Source of the DNA: an uncultured Actinomycetes bacterium
Lineage (GTDB): Bacteria > Actinomycetota > Thermoleophilia > RBG-16-64-13
Length of the DNA stretch: 64,000 nucleotides
Assembly (NCBI GenBank): GCA_963706025.1
Contig: CAVPLM010000003.1
Coordinates: forward strand, 608,001 to 672,000
Direction: 5' to 3'
The notes beneath the pieces were generated by a model, which saw nothing but the letters and a program-made list of their open reading frames with translations, was not told the origin of the DNA and searched no databases. The position numbers and the translations under genes are program-made. Of the stretch, positions 1 through 10,500 are shown one piece after another. Position 1 is the stretch's first letter; every line of letters begins with the position of its first letter.

Positions 1-211
1 CGTCGTCGTTACCTACGCACATCAGCACTAGGTCGCAATCCCCGGCCGCCTCGCGGGGGGTGGGGGCGGTCTTGCCGTCGTACTCCTTGGCCCACTGCGC
101 GGACCTGGCGGCGGTGCGGTTGTAGACCGTCACGTCGTGGCCCCCCTTCAACAGGTGGCCTGCCATCGGGTAGCCCATCACACCCAAACCAAGAAATGCG
201 AGTCTCGTCAT
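1..211 (-). CDS. NAD(P)-dependent oxidoreductase, 3-hydroxyisobutyrate dehydrogenase/beta-hydroxyacid dehydrogenase family (5' part, runs off window)
   Basis: Manual translation (not in ORF track): MTRLAFLGLGVMGYPMAGHLLKGGHDVTVYNRT...DLVLMCVGNDD, with the GLGxMGxxMA Rossmann signature. Confidence 0.9.
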   Translation of the reverse strand, partial: MTRLAFLGLGVMGYPMAGHLLKGGHDVTVYNRTAARSAQWAKEYDGKTAPTPREAAGDCDLVLMCVGNDD

Positions 212-617
212 CGTCTATCTCCCAACCTATTCTGTTGGAGTGGGGAAAGATCAATATTACAGCGCCGCCGTCGATACGCCCGCGTCAACTCGCGAAGCCG
301 GCGATCACCACCAACGAGGGAAGGACCGCAAGCAAGACGGTCGCGACGGCTGTTTGACGGGCCAACCGGCCCACTTCGCGTCGACGATCGGGAAGCGCAC
401 CGAAACTGTGCGCTCGACACTCGGAAAACAGGCAAAAAGGGAAGAATCCGGCCGCGCGTGATAAAGTGACTGCTTTAGAAGGCATGTCATCCGTGCTTTC
501 GCGAGCCAGCCGTCTTCTGCCACTTTCCATCGCGGGTCGATACGAACCCGGAAGAATCACATCACTCCTAGGGTGGGATGTCCCACCTACTCGAACGAAA
601 GAAGAGGGAGACCGCCA

Positions 618-890
618 GTGAGGAGCAAGAAGGAGGTGCGCTATGTCGTCTCCCGTCTCAAGGACCCCGACGATCTGGAAGGCGAGCGCGAGGCGATCGG
701 CTGCCACCCCTACCTAGATCTTGCCAAGAAACACGCCGACCGTCTCGGTCCCGGCACCTGTGTCGATGCGGAAGGGGGCACCTACTACTTCGATGGCCCC
801 TATAGGCGGCGCGAGCAATGGCAAGTGGAGTGGACCAACCGCAACCTCTATCAGGGTAGGAAGGCGAGAAGCCCAGCACCTGAGGTCTAG
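618..890 (+). CDS. small hypothetical protein (90 aa)
   Basis: GTG start after GAGGGAG RBS; protein-like composition; stop overlaps the convergent radical SAM gene. Confidence 0.5.
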   Translation: MRSKKEVRYVVSRLKDPDDLEGEREAIGCHPYLDLAKKHADRLGPGTCVDAEGGTYYFDGPYRRREQWQVEWTNRNLYQGRKARSPAPEV

Positions 891-2383
891 GATTGACGGA
901 AGAACCAGGTCGCCGGCAATTTGACAGCCGCGACCAGCTGCCGCAGCCGCTGCGCGGCGGCCTCCCACATTTCGACTAGGGTTGCGTGAGACCCGATCAA
1001 AGGTTCGACCTCGTCCGTGCGCGCCCCTGCCTGCCACAACGCCTCGTAAACCCTCACATGCAGCCTCGAGTTCCTGCGGGAGGTGAGGTTGCTGGCCAGG
1101 CCTAATAGGGGATTGCGCCCGGCCAGCACGTTGCGGCTCAGCCGAGCGAGGATATTCGGGACGGAGTAGAAGGTGCTGTTGCACTCGCTCATCTCCCGGA
1201 TGATCCGGTCCACGCTCAGGTGTTTGTATCGAGCGACCGGGTAGTTGAGCGTGTAGTACTTCCAGTCCTCGGGGAAGGCGTCCAGGGCGATCCTTCCCTC
1301 CGCCTCCAGCTGCCTCCAAAGGCGGGTCCCGGGTAGCGGGGTAAGGAACAGCACGTTTATGTTGTCCACCCCGTACCGGCCGGCCGCCTCGGCGATCAAC
1401 TTACCTACTCCGGGGCGATCGGAGTCCAATCCCATGATGAACGAGCCGACCACCAGAATGTTGTGGCGATGGATACGTTCTACCGAGGCGGGGATATTGC
1501 GCCCCGACAGCATGGCCGATTTCCTGCCCAACTCGGGAAGGCCCTCGGGTGTCACGGATTCGAATCCTATGAACAGGCCCGCGCAGCCGGCTTTCTCGGC
1601 CAAATGCAGTAGCTCTTCGTCATCGGCGATGTTGACGGTGGTCTGGCCGACCCAGCGCTTGCCGGTATCGGCCTCGGCCAGGGCCCGGAAGAGCTCTTTC
1701 GCGCGCTCGATATGCTGCGGCTTACGACCGATGAGGTTGTCGTCGACGATGAGCACCCGAGCCTCGGGGATAGACTTGAACTCCTCAACGACCTCGGCGA
1801 CCGGCCGTTGGCGATAGCGGGCCCCGTTGAACTCCGTGACGCTGCAGAAGGTGCAATTGAGCGAGCAGCCCCGGGTAGTCTGGATGGAGCCGAACGCGTA
1901 TCCATCGGGGAGGAGGTCGTGGCGGGCGGGGACGATCTGGTCCATGGCCGCCCGGCCGCCGTCATAGCGGGCTTTCAGACTGCCGGTCCGCACGTCTTCG
2001 AGCACATCCGCCCATACCGGTTCCGCCTCTCCCGTCACCAATGAGTCCACGTACCGACTCGCTTCCGCCCGGCACATCGTCGCGTGGATGCCGCCCATGA
2101 CCGTGGGAACGCCCCGGGCTCGAAACCATCCGGCTACTTCATAGGCCCTGGGCGCCTGAGAGGTGAAGGCGGTGATACCGACAACATCCGGCAGCGGCAG
2201 GGCGTCGTAATCGACCGGAGCGAGGTTCTCGTCGAGGATGGAGATCTCCCAATCGGTCGGGGTCAGACCGGCGAGCACCAGAAGGCCGAGCGGCTTCCAA
2301 AGCCTGAAGCGGTTCCAGTAGCTGCCTCGGTTGAAGGACATGCTGACGAGCGGGTTCGACGGGTTGATCAGGTACAGAAGCAT
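887..2383 (-). CDS. B12-binding domain radical SAM protein
   Basis: N-terminal PLGLLVLAGLTP...VVGITAFT...MGGIHAT cobalamin-binding domain; TRGCSLNCTFC (CxxxCxxC); FIGFES, LTPLPGT motifs. Confidence 0.9.
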   Translation of the reverse strand: MLLYLINPSNPLVSMSFNRGSYWNRFRLWKPLGLLVLAGLTPTDWEISILDENLAPVDYDALPLPDVVGITAFTSQAPRAYEVAGWFRARGVPTVMGGIHATMCRAEASRYVDSLVTGEAEPVWADVLEDVRTGSLKARYDGGRAAMDQIVPARHDLLPDGYAFGSIQTTRGCSLNCTFCSVTEFNGARYRQRPVAEVVEEFKSIPEARVLIVDDNLIGRKPQHIERAKELFRALAEADTGKRWVGQTTVNIADDEELLHLAEKAGCAGLFIGFESVTPEGLPELGRKSAMLSGRNIPASVERIHRHNILVVGSFIMGLDSDRPGVGKLIAEAAGRYGVDNINVLFLTPLPGTRLWRQLEAEGRIALDAFPEDWKYYTLNYPVARYKHLSVDRIIREMSECNSTFYSVPNILARLSRNVLAGRNPLLGLASNLTSRRNSRLHVRVYEALWQAGARTDEVEPLIGSHATLVEMWEAAAQRLRQLVAAVKLPATWFFRQS

Positions 2384-2541
2384 AGCGGCTCCAGGACGAA
2401 GATGACGGGCCGGCATCAACTTAGCGGCTCGTTTGCCTTGCGGCAATCGGCCGGTCGCGGATGATGGTCAAGTGGGGCCTGAGAACTTGAATCCCCGAGT
2501 GCGCCCAGTCCTAAACCGACGTGGACCGACGTGGGGATACA

Positions 2542-2569
2542 GAAACGCCGGCCCGAAGGCCGGCGTTTC
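2542..2569 (-). terminator. hairpin terminator after RNA-binding protein gene
   Basis: GAAACGCCGGCC-CGAA-GGCCGGCGTTTC perfect inverted repeat just downstream of the stop. Confidence 0.7.
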
Positions 2570-2593
2570 CTCAGTGCGCGTGTGAGGCGACTC

Positions 2594-2920
2594 TTACCAG
2601 CGGTTGCCGCTGTTGTAGCCGCTGCTGCCGCCGCCGTAGCCACCGCCGGAACGAGGGGCACGGGGCACCTGTTCTTTGGCCACATCGACCTTGAGGGCGC
2701 GACCGTCGAGCTGGGTGCCGTCCAGGGCGCCCTTGGCCTTCTGGGCTTCATCGGCCGAGCCCATCTCCACAAAACCGAAGCCCTTGGGGCGTCCGGAATC
2801 GCGATCGGTGATGAGATTGACCGAGGTCACCTCGCCGTGAGCTTCGAAAGCCGTCCTGATGCTGGCTTCGGAGGTCTCATAACTGAGATTGCCCACGTAC
2901 AGTTTTGCTGAATTTACCAC
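2594..2920 (-). CDS. RRM RNA-binding protein with Gly-rich tail
   Basis: KLYVGNL (RNP2), RPKGFGFVEM (RNP1), GGGYGGG tail ending RW; GGAGG RBS before GTG. Confidence 0.95.
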   Translation of the reverse strand: MVNSAKLYVGNLSYETSEASIRTAFEAHGEVTSVNLITDRDSGRPKGFGFVEMGSADEAQKAKGALDGTQLDGRALKVDVAKEQVPRAPRSGGGYGGGSSGYNSGNRW

Positions 2921-3094
2921 TACAGCCTCCATGAACGGAGTTACATTGCGACAAACGAGAGGGAAAGACTGGAGACTGGGCGAGGAGGTTCTGAAGCTCG
3001 GCGCTGCGCCTGGAGAAGATTCCTGTCGAATGCTTGCGTGAAGAGTAACACAACAACCCGTGGATGAAAAGGGCGCCGCACGACGGGCAGCCGC

Positions 3095-3837
3095 GGTCAG
3101 CTCGGGTGATCCTCGCCCGCCCGGGCTCCCCAGGTAGTCGTTGCGGACGTCTTGGGACACAAGCCCGTCCGTGACCTCGATGATGCGATCCGTCTGCTGG
3201 GCGATCGCCCGATCGTGAGTGACGATCACGAAGGTCGTGCCCATGTCGTTGTGTATCCGGCGGAACAGGTCGTAGACCATCGCTGAGTTCTTGGTGTCGA
3301 GGTTGCCGGTCGGCTCGTCGGCCAGCAGGATGTCGGGGGAGTTCATCAGCGCCCGTCCCGATGGCCACCCGCTGCTTCTGCCCTCCCGAGAGCTGTTCGG
3401 CGCTCTTGTCGGCGAGACCATCCAGTCCCAGGAAGGAGAGGATCTCGTCTGCTCGTTTGCGGGCGTTGCCCGCGCCCTTGATCGTCGCTTGCCGGCGCCC
3501 CGATCCAGGTGGGGAGGAGGAGGTTCTCCCTTACCGAGAACTCGGGCAGCAGATGGTGGAACTGAAAGACGAAGCCCAGATGCTCGTTCCGGAACGCGGC
3601 TCGCTCCTTCTTCCCCAACTTACCGACATCGGTTCCGAGCAGGTTCACAGTCCCCTCGGTGGGCCGGTCGAGCAGGCCGAGCAGGTTGAGCAGGGTCGAC
3701 TTCCCGCTGCCGGACTGCCCGATGATGGAGAGGAACTCCTTCTCCGCCACCCTGAAGGAGACCCCCCGCAGCGCCTGCGTCTTGACCGCGGTGCCGTATT
3801 CCTTGGTCACCTGGTCGATGCTGATGGTGTCAGGCAC
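3095..3837 (-). CDS. ABC transporter ATP-binding protein (LolD/MacB type), frameshifted; 3' end approximate
   Basis: GQSGSGKST Walker A and FVFQFHHLLPEF in ORF 3346..3837; LLADEPTGNLD and VTHD in a different frame (ORF 2594..3421). Confidence 0.85.
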
Positions 3838-4981
3838 TCTGGATCACCTCAATCGGGTCGAGGCGCGCGGTCTTGCGGTACGGGATGATGGCCGAGATAA
3901 GGGCGATGGCTATCCCGATGGCTGCGGAGAAAAGGATGAAGCTCAGTTGAGGCTCGATGGGGAAGAGCCCCGTGTCTCCGCTACTGGCTATCAAACTGAA
4001 GGCTCCGATCAACCCCAGGCTGATCCCGATGCCGAGCGCCGTCCCGATCACTCCGAGGATGCCCGCCTGCCAGAGGAAGACCAGGCCGGTACGTCCATCG
4101 GCCATGCCCAGAGCCTTGAGGATGCCGATCTGCCGGGTCTTCTGGACCGCGGAGATGGCCAGAGTGGAGGCTATCCCCAACATGACGGCGATGATCACGA
4201 AGACCTGGATCATGTACGACGATGTGCTCTGGCTCTGCAGAGCGGTGAGCAGCTCGCTGTTCTTGGCCTGCCATTCGGTCACCTGGAGCTGCGGATACTT
4301 CGCCGCTACGTCGGCCGCCACCTCGGGAGACGTGAAAACATCGTCGATCTGCGTCTCCACGGCACCCACCTCGTCGGTCGAACGGCCGAGCAGCCTGAGC
4401 TGGCGGCCTCCAGCCCCGCGAACACCGATTGCTGGTTGGCGGCCTGCGACCCCAGGTCGAAAACGCCTTCCAATCGCGCGTCGACGGTCGACCCATCGGC
4501 CAGCACCAACTTGACCGTGTCGCCCGGCGCGAGGGCGTACTGCTCGGCGAACTCCTTGCCTACCAGTATGCGGTCGCCGTCGAGGGTGACCTCTCCCGCG
4601 ACGATCTTCTCGGAGAGCTTGTAGATGGAGTCGATGTCTTCGTAAGTCCCGCCCTTGACCACGACCGGTGCGCTCGAACTCGCCCACGGGGACGAGGGCG
4701 GAGAGTATCTGTACCGGGGCGACGGCTGTGATCCGGGGGTCCGACTGTAGGTTCGCCCTGTCCTCGGCGGTGAACGTGAAGGCCGCTTCTCCGGCCGCCG
4801 GCTCCAGGGTGACGTGGGAACCCGACCCCACCGTGCTGTCCAGCAGGGAATCCTGGAGGCTGGTGATCAACGACCCCACGAAGATCTGGACCGCTATCCC
4901 CACCGCGATGCCGAAGATGATGAGGATCGATTGTGCCTTGCTGCGCCCCAAGAACCGCCAGGCGATCTTCAGCTCAAGCAT
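3830..4981 (-). CDS. ABC transporter permease (FtsX/LolE/MacB type), frameshifted
   Basis: MLELKIAWRFL...IIFGIAVGIAV; QKTRQIGILKALG; ARLDPIEVI C-terminus; middle part in another frame (4306..4662). Confidence 0.85.
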   Translation of the reverse strand: MLELKIAWRFLGRSKAQSILIIFGIAVGIAVQIFVGSLITSLQDSLLDSTVGSGSHVTLEPAAGEAAFTFTAEDRANLQSDPRITAVAPVQILSALVPVGEFERTGRGQGRDLRRHRLHLQALREDRRGRGHPRRRPHTGRQGVRRAVRPRAGRHGQVGAGRWVDRRRAIGRRFRPGVAGRQPAIGVRGAGGRQLRLLGRSTDEVGAVETQIDDVFTSPEVAADVAAKYPQLQVTEWQAKNSELLTALQSQSTSSYMIQVFVIIAVMLGIASTLAISAVQKTRQIGILKALGMADGRTGLVFLWQAGILGVIGTALGIGISLGLIGAFSLIASSGDTGLFPIEPQLSFILFSAAIGIAIALISAIIPYRKTARLDPIEVIQSA

Positions 4982-5702
4982 CGCCCGGCCCCTCCTCGCC
5001 ATTCGCGGCCGAACCATCGCCGGGCCGGGTGTGGGCGGGTCCCGTCCAGGCCGCCCGAGCCTGCGCGGCCAGTTCGTCCAGCAGCCCATCGACCGAATCG
5101 ACCGTGAACTCTTCCAAACCGGCGTCGGAATGAGCGAAGGCCGGCCCCCCGGCCACGATCCTTACTTCGGGCAGCAGCTCGCGCAACCTTCCGATGACCT
5201 CACGAAGGGCCGTCCTCTGGAAGTGGGTGGAGGCAGAGAGGCAGACCACGCTCGCGCTCTCGGAGCGGACACATCTCACCATCTCGTCAACGGGGGTCGC
5301 GGCGCCCACGTAGACAGTCCGGAAACCCCGCAGGTCGAAACGGTCGACCAGCATGCGTAGGCCCACGTCGTGCGTCTCCTCCGGCGGGCAGAAGAAGGCG
5401 ACCGTGACCGGGACGGCCTCGATCTGGGCCTTGCGTTCGAGGACCTTCGGGTAGAGGGCCTCGATGGCGGTGCGCACCGCGCCTACGATGAGGTGCTCCT
5501 CCCAGACTGCGGTCCGGCCTTCCTGCCAGCCCCGCCCGACCGACTCCAGGAAGGGCTCGAGCACGTGGGTGTAGAGATCCTCGATGGCCAGGCCGTCTTC
5601 GACGGCCCCCAGCACGACGCTCGCCGCACACTCCCGATCGTGGACCCGCAGGCACCTCTCCAGGCTTTCTTTGGTTTCGATCACCCTTTGTCGATCGGTC
5701 AC
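4974..5702 (-). CDS. stand-alone CarH-type cobalamin-binding domain protein (no DNA-binding domain)
   Basis: VGRGWQEGRTAVWEEH (W-x9-EH), PEETHDVGLRM (ExHxxG), YVGAATP, VCLSAST, VAGGPAF; GAGGAGG RBS. Confidence 0.85.
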   Translation of the reverse strand: MTDRQRVIETKESLERCLRVHDRECAASVVLGAVEDGLAIEDLYTHVLEPFLESVGRGWQEGRTAVWEEHLIVGAVRTAIEALYPKVLERKAQIEAVPVTVAFFCPPEETHDVGLRMLVDRFDLRGFRTVYVGAATPVDEMVRCVRSESASVVCLSASTHFQRTALREVIGRLRELLPEVRIVAGGPAFAHSDAGLEEFTVDSVDGLLDELAAQARAAWTGPAHTRPGDGSAANGEEGPGDA

Positions 5703-5831
5703 GAGCCGGCTACCTCCTCGGGACATTACGCAGCTTGTCCGGCCAGGGAGAACCCCTGAGCCCCCGTCAGATACCCGAGTTGTGGGATGATGCAAACACG
5801 ATGGACCGGAATCTGTGGTCAGGGGGTAGAG

Positions 5832-6353
5832 ATGGCGCAAGAGACCGTGGCCAAGGAGATCCTGGTCAACGACAAGATGCAGGAGGGCTACCGCTACCTG
5901 CTGACCGCGCCTGAGGGCCGCGACTTCGCCGATGACTTCAAGCCCGAACTGACCCCCGAGGAGATGCTCGAGTTGGGCGTGTTCGGCGGCAAGTACATGA
6001 CCGATTGCCGGGACGAGTTCCCCGCCTCGTGGTATGCCAACGCCAGGCTCTCGCCTGAGCGGAACGATCCCTCCCTCAACTTCTTCGGAGTGAACGCCTC
6101 GCTGCCCCTAGCCGAGTGGCGGCGGCGGGGCTGGATCTATGAGGAAGACCCGCGGGGGTGGTTCCAGTGGTACTGCCGCTACTACCTGGGCCGGAGGATC
6201 CCCGACGAAGACGCGCGGCAGATCGGGCGCTGGAAGGCGATGAAGAGACACGTGGCTCAGGTCAGAAAGAACTGCTTCGCCGGCGATCTGCACTGCCGCC
6301 AGCGACAACGCCAGGCCCTCCTGCATTGGGCCTACGACTCCCGAAAGATCTAG
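5832..6353 (+). CDS. conserved hypothetical protein (Trp/Tyr-rich)
   Basis: FKPELTPEEMLELGVFGGKY...DPRGWFQWYCRYYLGRR...RQRQALLHWAYD recalls a widespread uncharacterised family; strong codon bias. Confidence 0.8.
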   Translation: MAQETVAKEILVNDKMQEGYRYLLTAPEGRDFADDFKPELTPEEMLELGVFGGKYMTDCRDEFPASWYANARLSPERNDPSLNFFGVNASLPLAEWRRRGWIYEEDPRGWFQWYCRYYLGRRIPDEDARQIGRWKAMKRHVAQVRKNCFAGDLHCRQRQRQALLHWAYDSRKI

Positions 6354-6356
6354 TCT

Positions 6357-6563
6357 TCATGCGTCCTCTCGGCGAGCACCGTCGACGGACCGGTGGGGGA
6401 GGCCCTGGAAGGGCTCCCTTCCCCGGTGGGGGTCCTCTGGTCGAAGAGCGCGTCGTTCCACGCTTGACAGCTTCGCAGCCGGCCCGACCGTGGTGTAGAA
6501 ATAGACAGTGCTCCGAGTCACCCCGGTAGCCCGCTCTACCTCACAGATGGTCAATGGTCGCAT
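6357..6563 (-). pseudogene. MerR-type HTH remnant
   Basis: MRPLTICEVERATGVTRSTVYFY resembles the N-terminus of the regulator at 14346 (LTISALERETGVSRSTIHFY), then degenerates. Confidence 0.5.
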
Positions 6564-6599
6564 GCGTTCGGCCTACTGCTAGTCAACAGTCTCGCCACT

Positions 6600-7517
6600 C
6601 TACCTTCTCGGCGCCTTCTCCGGCGCGATCACCTTCCCGTAAGCGTTGTACGCCTCGATTCTCTCCTGTACTTCCGGCAGAGCGATCTGCGCCGGCTCTT
6701 CCTGGTGCTCGTGCCGCATTATCCACTCCAGATGGTGCATCTCCTTGGGTGTGGAGAAACGCGGTTCGCGCACGTCGTCGGGGTTCCAGGCTACTAAGAA
6801 CTTCCCGCCGCTGAACGCTACCGTGCCGTGTACCTCGCAGGTGGGGCACATGATCTCGGGTAAGTCCTTCTCGATGTAGATCACGTTGCAGTGACATACC
6901 GGACAGGAGACGCCGGCTTCCTCGCCCATGTATTCCCACTCGTCGAAGGGAAGGTCGAGGGCTCTGGCGACATTCTTGCCCAACGTGCGCGAGCGCTCGA
7001 CGGCCCCCGCGTTGTCCGGAGTGAGAGCCGCCCCCAGCGCTGCGCAGTGGTCGATCTGCACCTGGTCCACCAGAGTGGTGAAATGCTGAAGGAACAGATT
7101 GATCGATAGGAGCCCGAGGCTGGTCCAGCCGTCGTAGCCGGACCCTCCCACCGAGATGGCCGCCCCTATCCGCCGCCGCTCGAAGATGTCCGGCTTGCGC
7201 GAGAAGAGGTGGTTCGTCTTCTCGGCGATGATCATGAGGTTACTGCTGGACCGCAGGTGATAGACGGGGGCCGAGACGATGACGGCCGTGTCGCCCAACA
7301 GCGTCTGCTCGAGGATCCAGTCGACGTCGTCCTTGGCGCAGCGGCCCGTCTTCAGGCAGGCCCAGCAGGAGTTGCAGGGCAGCAACTTGAGATCGTGCGC
7401 CCTGATGATCTCCGACTCCACGCCTTCCTCCTCAGCCGCCATGAGGGCCGCCTTGAGGAAGTGCTCGCTGTTGCCGTTCTTCCTGCCGCACGAGAGGCCG
7501 ATGATCTTCTTGGCCAT
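6600..7517 (-). CDS. flavodoxin-fold iron-sulfur flavoprotein / NADPH-dependent FMN reductase family
   Basis: SCGRKNGNSE, PCNSCWACLKTGRC, SAPVY; C-terminal CPVC...CPTC zinc-ribbon-like motif. Confidence 0.85.
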   Translation of the reverse strand: MAKKIIGLSCGRKNGNSEHFLKAALMAAEEEGVESEIIRAHDLKLLPCNSCWACLKTGRCAKDDVDWILEQTLLGDTAVIVSAPVYHLRSSSNLMIIAEKTNHLFSRKPDIFERRRIGAAISVGGSGYDGWTSLGLLSINLFLQHFTTLVDQVQIDHCAALGAALTPDNAGAVERSRTLGKNVARALDLPFDEWEYMGEEAGVSCPVCHCNVIYIEKDLPEIMCPTCEVHGTVAFSGGKFLVAWNPDDVREPRFSTPKEMHHLEWIMRHEHQEEPAQIALPEVQERIEAYNAYGKVIAPEKAPRR

Positions 7518-7535
7518 GTTCTGCCTTCCGTAGCT

Positions 7536-8884
7536 CTAGTAGGTTCCGTACTGTTTCGCAGCCTGGATCATGGCCGCGAAATTCTCTTCCTTGGCGGTGT
7601 CGGCCCCGGCTCCGACGTCGAGGATGAAGCCGCCCTTGCCCTTCACCTCGTCGACAAGCGTGCGGCAGTATGCCGTCACTTCGCCGGCAGTCCCCAATTG
7701 CAGCAGCGACAGCGGCACGTTCCCCGCGATGCAGGCCACGCCGTCGAGGGCTTCCTTGGCCTTGCGCATGTCGGTCTGGTCGAAGTGCCACACGGTGCGG
7801 CCGGGCGGCAGGTCGCGGATGATCTCCAGCCGGGAGTTGTAGGCGCCCTCGGCGAAGAGGTAGGGTACCAGGCCCTCCTCGATGAGGCCTTGGCACATCT
7901 TGCGCAAGGTGGGCCAATAGAAGGTGCGGAACTGCTCGTCGTTCATGAAGCCGTCCGCGCCCTTGTGCAGGGGGATGAACACGGTCGGCGGCAGGAAGGG
8001 CGCAGCCTTACGAGTGACGTACTTGAGCAGCACAGGCAGCAGGCGTTCGCAGGCAGCCAGCACCTTCTCCGGATACCGGTAGAGATCGGTCACGATGCCC
8101 CGGGTACCGCGCAGGGTGTCGCCTAGGAAGTCGAAGGGTGCCCAGGTGACAAGGCCGAGATGCGCCGGGAAGCCCTCAGCCGCCAGGCGCATTTCCAAGC
8201 CGATGCTGAACTGTGCCCAAACGGCGGCCTGTTTGCCCGCCTCCATCAGCTTGGAGAACGCCTCCTGAAGCCGGGATCCCCCCAGCTTGCTGCCCAGTAG
8301 TCCGCTCCGCAGAGCTGGACCATGCCGAAAGGAGCGTCGAGTTTGGCCATACCGGCCAGGGCACCGTTGGTTCTGGGTATGTAGGTGCGCAGCATGTACC
8401 CGGTGGGGTCGTCTATGAGATCGTCGTACTCCTCGGGGAGCATCCACTCCCGCTCGACGTACTGGAAGCTGGCTTCCTTGGGCACGCCGTGGCCAGGCCA
8501 GCTGAAGAGCTTGTAGTCGAAAGCGTCGAAGATAGGCCCGGCACCCGCGGCGGCGATGGCGGACCCGACCACGGCATCAGGCTGGAGGCTGCGCGCATAG
8601 CTCACCCACGCTTCGCTCGCTTTCTCGGGGTCGTACATGACATCGTAAGGGGTGAACCCGGCTCGATCGGCCGGATAGAACTGGTTGAGGGTCGTGACCG
8701 GGACGCGGTCGGGCGCTTTCTGGAGAAGGATGGCGTCTCGCAGCCGGGCCGCCCTGGCCTTGTAGTCGATCTCAGCCTCGGGACTGACGAACGGCAGACG
8801 AGGGCTGGTGTAGAACTGGAAGCGCTGCTCCAGTTTCTCGTCGGCGGTCAGATCGGCCCACGAACGCTCGGCGTCCATACTCAT
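7536..8884 (-). CDS. uroporphyrinogen decarboxylase-family (MtaA/CmuA-like) corrinoid methyltransferase, one frameshift near 8270
   Basis: PDRVPV, APFDFLGDTLRG, FRTFYWPTL, CIAGNVP, GGFILDVG...KEENFAAM split over ORFs 8246..8947 and 7536..8447. Confidence 0.85.
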
Positions 8885-9021
8885 CTCCTGGTCGGTCTTG
8901 CTGAATGTTTGGCGAACAGGTCGATCACTGCTTCTCGCGCTCCGCACCGGGTCTTCTCTATCTCGGCCAGGAAACAGGCCAGCGCTTTCCCGCCGACGCC
9001 GATCTTGATGTTGGCGGGGGG

Positions 9022-9054
9022 GCCGGGGCCGGCGGCGAAGCCGCCGGCCCCGGC
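9022..9054 (-). terminator. GC-rich stem-loop after substrate-binding protein gene
   Basis: GCCGGGGCCGGCGGC-GAA-GCCGCCGGCCCCGGC, 15-bp perfect stem. Confidence 0.6.
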
Positions 9055-9108
9055 AACACCCCGTCGGGATCGACCCTAGGGGGTCAGAGACGATCCCAGG
9101 GGATCAGC

Positions 9109-10440
9109 CTAGTTGACGGTGTTCACCAGGACGAACTGGGCGCCCTTCACCTGCAACTCCACCATCTGCCCGGTCACGCCCTGAGAGGTCGCCTCAGGAG
9201 TGAAGTTGACGATGCCCTGCAGGGCGACGAAGTCCTTGAGGTTGATGAGGGCCTGGGCCACCTGCGGCTTTGTCGTCGGGGTCACCAGCCTGCTTCATGG
9301 CCTCAGCCAGGACAGCGACCAGGTCGGCGCCGGCAGCCGCGAAGAAGTCCGGCGCCTGGCCGTACTTGGCCTGATATGCCTCGTAGAAGGCCATCTGCGC
9401 GTCCTTCAGCGGCCAGTCATCGGGCAGGCCGGCCGGGTTGACCAGACCACCGGAGTCGAGCGACCAGGAAGCCCTTCGACCGCATCCGGACCCATGGCGA
9501 AGATGGCCGGGTGGGCGGCGGCGGGGCTGCCCTGGATCGGCACGTCCACGCCCAGGGACCGCAGGCCCTTGTAGAGCGGGGGCAGCGCGATCGGGTTGAC
9601 GATAGAGGAGCGACGGCATCCGGCTTCTGGGCGTTGTACGCTTCCATGATCTTGTTGAGGATCGGCTGGAAGTCGGTCTGGTCGAAGCCGAAGGTGTCGG
9701 GCAGCTTGGTGAAGGTGAAGCCCTCGGCCGGGCCGCTCTTCACGAGCAGGTCGAGCGTCTCCTGATGGATGGCGAGCACGTCGGCGATACCGAGGATGTT
9801 CTTCCAGCCGTTGGCCTTGATGACCTTGGTCGAGAGCGTCGGCCTGGGTCGGGGGAGCCGCCGAGAGCATGACGCTCATCTGATACTGCGTGCGTGGCAG
9901 CAAGCTGCTCGAGGGTGGCCGGGCCCATGCCCACCATGGGGGTGCCGGTCTGCTCGGCGATGCCGCGGGCCGGCTCCTGCATGAACTGGGCGAACGGCCC
10001 GACTGTCGCAGCGACCTTGTCTTCCTGGATCAGCTTGTTGATGTTGGCGATGCGCAGTGCGGGACGTCCGACTTGTCGTCGAGCGTGATGATCTCGAGCG
10101 GACGGCCGTTGATGCCGCCGTTGGCATTGACGTATCTCGACCATGAGGCCACGCCGTTGCCGGTCGAGTCAGCCGGGGCCGCGCTGAAACCCGGTGATGC
10201 TGTTGGAGAACCCGACCTTGATAGGTGCGCCGGTGGCCGGGCCGGCCGTCGTGGTGTCGGTGCTCGGGGCCGCCGTGGTCGGTGGTCGGGGCCGCCGTAG
10301 TTCGGTGCTCGGCGCCGCCGTGGTCGGTGGTCGGGGCCGCCGTGGTGGTGGTTTCCTCGTCGCCGCCGCAGGCGACCGCCGTCATGGCGACCACCAGCAC
10401 GAGCACGAGAAGACCCGACGATCAGGTACCGCTTCTTCAT
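9109..10440 (-). CDS. LIV-type ABC transporter substrate-binding lipoprotein, multiply frameshifted
   Basis: MKKRYLI...AVACGG lipobox; TTTAAPT linker; VNANGGINGRPLEIITLDDKSD; KLIQEDKV..VGP; pieces in several frames. Confidence 0.8.
10240..10355 (-). repeat. tandem Thr/Ala/Pro linker repeats in lipoprotein gene
   Basis: Repeated CGGGGCCGCCGTGGTCGGTGGT / GGTGCTCGG units on the + strand. Confidence 0.7.
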
Positions 10441-10500
10441 CTGTTCCTCCCTTGTGAACTTTCGCGTCCTACCTGCCCTGTATCGCTGAAAGCGTGCGTT

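Noticed and set aside
230-600. Possible riboswitch/ncRNA in the intergenic region with small hairpins (e.g. GCGCAC-CGAAACT-GTGCGC)
   Set aside because: I could not match cobalamin, c-di-GMP or Moco riboswitch consensus by eye; an Infernal/Rfam search is needed.
2594-3421. Apparent ABC-ATPase-RRM fusion ORF
   Set aside because: The RRM gene has its own GGAGG RBS and GTG at 2920. The joining segment is non-protein-like and lies in a frameshift-rich area, so this is chance read-through.
10240-10355. Repeats resembling a short CRISPR array (also 30466..30560)
   Set aside because: They are coding Thr/Pro linker repeats inside lipoprotein genes, with no unique spacers and no cas genes.
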